A DNA stretch of 64,000 bases from the human T2T-CHM13v2.0 reference genome, Homo sapiens, in assembly GCF_009914755.1 (NCBI RefSeq), contig NC_060925.1. One strand, given 5' to 3'. The position numbers were made by a program, and so were the translations under genes. The notes under the pieces were generated by a model. The model made no database searches. It had not been told where the DNA came from and saw nothing but the letters and a program-made list of their open reading frames with translations. Of this stretch, positions 60,300 to 64,000 are shown one piece after another. Position 1 is the stretch's first letter. Each line of letters starts with the position of its first letter.

Positions 60300-61226
60300 T
60301 AGAAGGCAACCCTCAGCAGTGTGGACTGCTGGTGGAAAAGCTAGGAACAGCACAGGCACCAGAGTGTACAAAACCACCTCCACATTAAGCCCGTTATTTA
60401 AGTCTGCCCAGGACCGTGAGGAATTGACATGGTCCTCTCTGTTGAACCCCAGCATTAAACCACTTTCCGCACCAATACCATCTTCATTCCTAACACCTCT
60501 GGCCTCAAGAGGAAGGATCTGGGGTGAATACACTGTCAGTCTCTCGGATATTTTTTCCACGTATAATGCTGCAACATAAAGCATTGAACAATAGGAGAAC
60601 CACTAGAAATAAGTTTCCCTGATGCAACCCAGAGAAGAGAGTTGGTGCTTTTCTTTTGTATGGACCTGGGGTATTCTTGGAGAAGTAGAGGAAATGACCT
60701 TGTTATTCTCTGCTAAGATGGATTTTCCAGAGAGTTATAAAATCTAAACGACAATCGGCTAGCACACAAGGAGCACCTGTGTGGAAGAGACTGCGACCCG
60801 GGTGAGTGCTCTTGTGGGCAGCAGATTTGGGTCTCTGCATGTGGTGGACTGAGATACAGAATGGGTCTGACTGGCAGAGAAAAGTGAAAAGGGCAATCCA
60901 AGAATAACAGCATGGAGGAGGAGAAAAACCCAAAGAAATATACCTTCAAATGACCATCTCTTTTTGGACATCAGAAAAGCGAGTAGATCATACTGTTTGG
61001 TCCCAAATGGTATGGCTTTGTCCCCTAGCCCCTGGATGTGGAGAAGTCATGGAGCTATGCAAACTTGGAAAAGCCAAGGAAAGGAATATTTCACATTTAT
61101 ATGGCATTTTACAGCTGCTTTCCCCCACATGGTTGTGCTTGATGTTCACAACCACATCTGAAGCAGACAAGAATTATCTTCATTTCACAGATGAAAAATA
61201 GTCTGAGAGGCTAAATGACTTCTTGA

Positions 61227-61616
<390 letters not shown>

Positions 61617-62679
61617 TATGTCAGTGATTTTTAAACTGTGTACCCAACAGAACATCCTCAGAGAGGAAGAGGATACTGGCTTCCCTGATCACTCAGATGA
61701 CAGCAGCTACAGTCTTACTTGCCTTATGTATTAAAAATTTTAGTATATAAGATTTTGTTTGTTAAAAAAAAAAAGGATTAAAATAAGTTGGCAAGTCGCT
61801 GCCCTCTGCCATGATCCCTACACTGGGGAGGGGGGATGTTCAGCTATAACATAAGGAACAAGTACAAGCAAGGAAAGGACCAGCCCCCATGGGCGTGGCC
61901 ATTTCCCAGTGAACCCCCAGCAAGTGCATGCTCCACACTTCAGGTTCTCTCTTAGATGGGGAAAGAAAGAGCTGAGGGCTGTCAATTTGGGGACGTTCTT
62001 CCTGGACTGACTTCATGGGATGCTGCCTGGTCAACTCCATGAATCTTGTCCAGGCAAATCTAAACCCCTCAGCAGACTAACTCAGCCCACCCAAGCTTCA
62101 TCAGCTGCTGCAGCCCAGTGCCTGGTAAGCAATGCTTCCAGGCTCCTCCCAACCTGGCCTCCAATGAGATGCACACTCACCCTACAGGTTGGCCTATGTT
62201 GGCACATCACCTGTTCATGGTGCAAGGCCATTCAAGGTGTCAGTCCCACCAGCCTGAGCCCTAAGACCTCCCAACAGTTTGTCCTTTTCCTCCAATCTCT
62301 TCTTTCCATATGGCTCTGCCTGCTCCTCAAATGCTATTCCTATCTTTGCTGGCTTTGGCTTCCCTGTAGCTGTTTAGAAACACCCTCCTACTCTTCTCTA
62401 GCTTCCTGGTCAGCAAATATTCTGGCTTATCGAGGGCCTCCTGGTGCTGTGAAGAGTCAGGGCAAATCATTTCATGTTTGGTTTTGTCTCTTTATCCTGG
62501 ACCATTAAGAAGCTGCCTGCTACAGAGAAAAGACTTGTCTGAAGTCGGCCTCTCTGATCATCATGGCTGATGGGCCTAAATAAATCCCTTTGTTCAGATT
62601 TTATAAAGCACGTATGACTTGGCTTTTGTTATTCATTTTCACATCTCTCTTCGTAAACTGTGTGTGACATAAAGAAATC

Positions 62680-62890
62680 AGACAGACCTGGGTTCAAATC
62701 CCAGCTTTGTACTTACTAACTATATGATCTTGGACAAGCTACTCAAGCTTTCTGATCTTCTTTTTCCTCACTTATATCAAGAGATAATACTATCTACTGC
62801 ACAGGGTTGTTCTTGTTTTTTAATGGAGAATAAATGAGATAAAGAATCCTTTACAGTGCTTGGCACAGAGTGAGAGTTCAATAGACACTA
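62680..62890 (+). mobile_element. MIR
   Basis: cagacagacctgggttcaaatcccagct...cagtgcttggcacagag. Confidence 0.85.
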
Positions 62891-62957
62891 GTTTCTCCTT
62901 CATCCTTAGGATAGAAACCAAAACTTATCCACGTTTCCCCAAAACCTAGTAGAGTAG

Positions 62958-63817
<860 letters not shown>

Positions 63818-64000
63818 TTATAAATGTCAATACCTACCTTAAACTCATTTACACTCAAAGGAAAATGTATTTGGAAGGCTAAGAGGACTGCAGGAAGGTC
63901 AAGGTGTGGCTGCACCTCAGAAGAGCTGGAAATGGATCTGGCATGCTGCTGTTACGCCCCCCCTCTCTCTGCAGCTCTGGGTGTGGGTGTCAGTCCTTCA

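Overview
Primate (very probably human) genomic DNA with no recognisable cellular protein-coding gene. The ORF track is almost all Alu-, L1-, L2- or MaLR-derived, or chance ORFs in GC-rich DNA. The largest feature is a 6.4-kb minus-strand HERV-K(HML-3)-type provirus (MER9 LTRs, 30799-37204) with both LTRs, a 6-bp target-site duplication, PBS, PPT, decayed gag-pro(dUTPase)-pol-env and internal deletions in MA, CA and env. Just beyond its 5' LTR lie a 3'-truncated 5S rRNA retro-pseudogene with a clean 15-bp TSD and a ~175-bp non-Alu inverted duplication of a MIR-containing segment with a perfect 36-bp core. An orphan CpG island (~18.6-20.3 kb) is followed by + strand splice sites and poly(A) signals, suggesting a lncRNA, and is preceded by an AP-1-rich enhancer-like zone and CTCF motifs. 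There are >30 Alus plus L1, L2, MIR, MaLR and DNA-transposon fossils, several with template-switch, fold-back or gene-conversion scars. I cannot establish a new biological system from sequence alone; the LTR / 5S / inverted-repeat cluster at 36.7-38.7 kb is the best candidate for follow-up. Repeat subfamily calls and most repeat boundaries are by-eye estimates.
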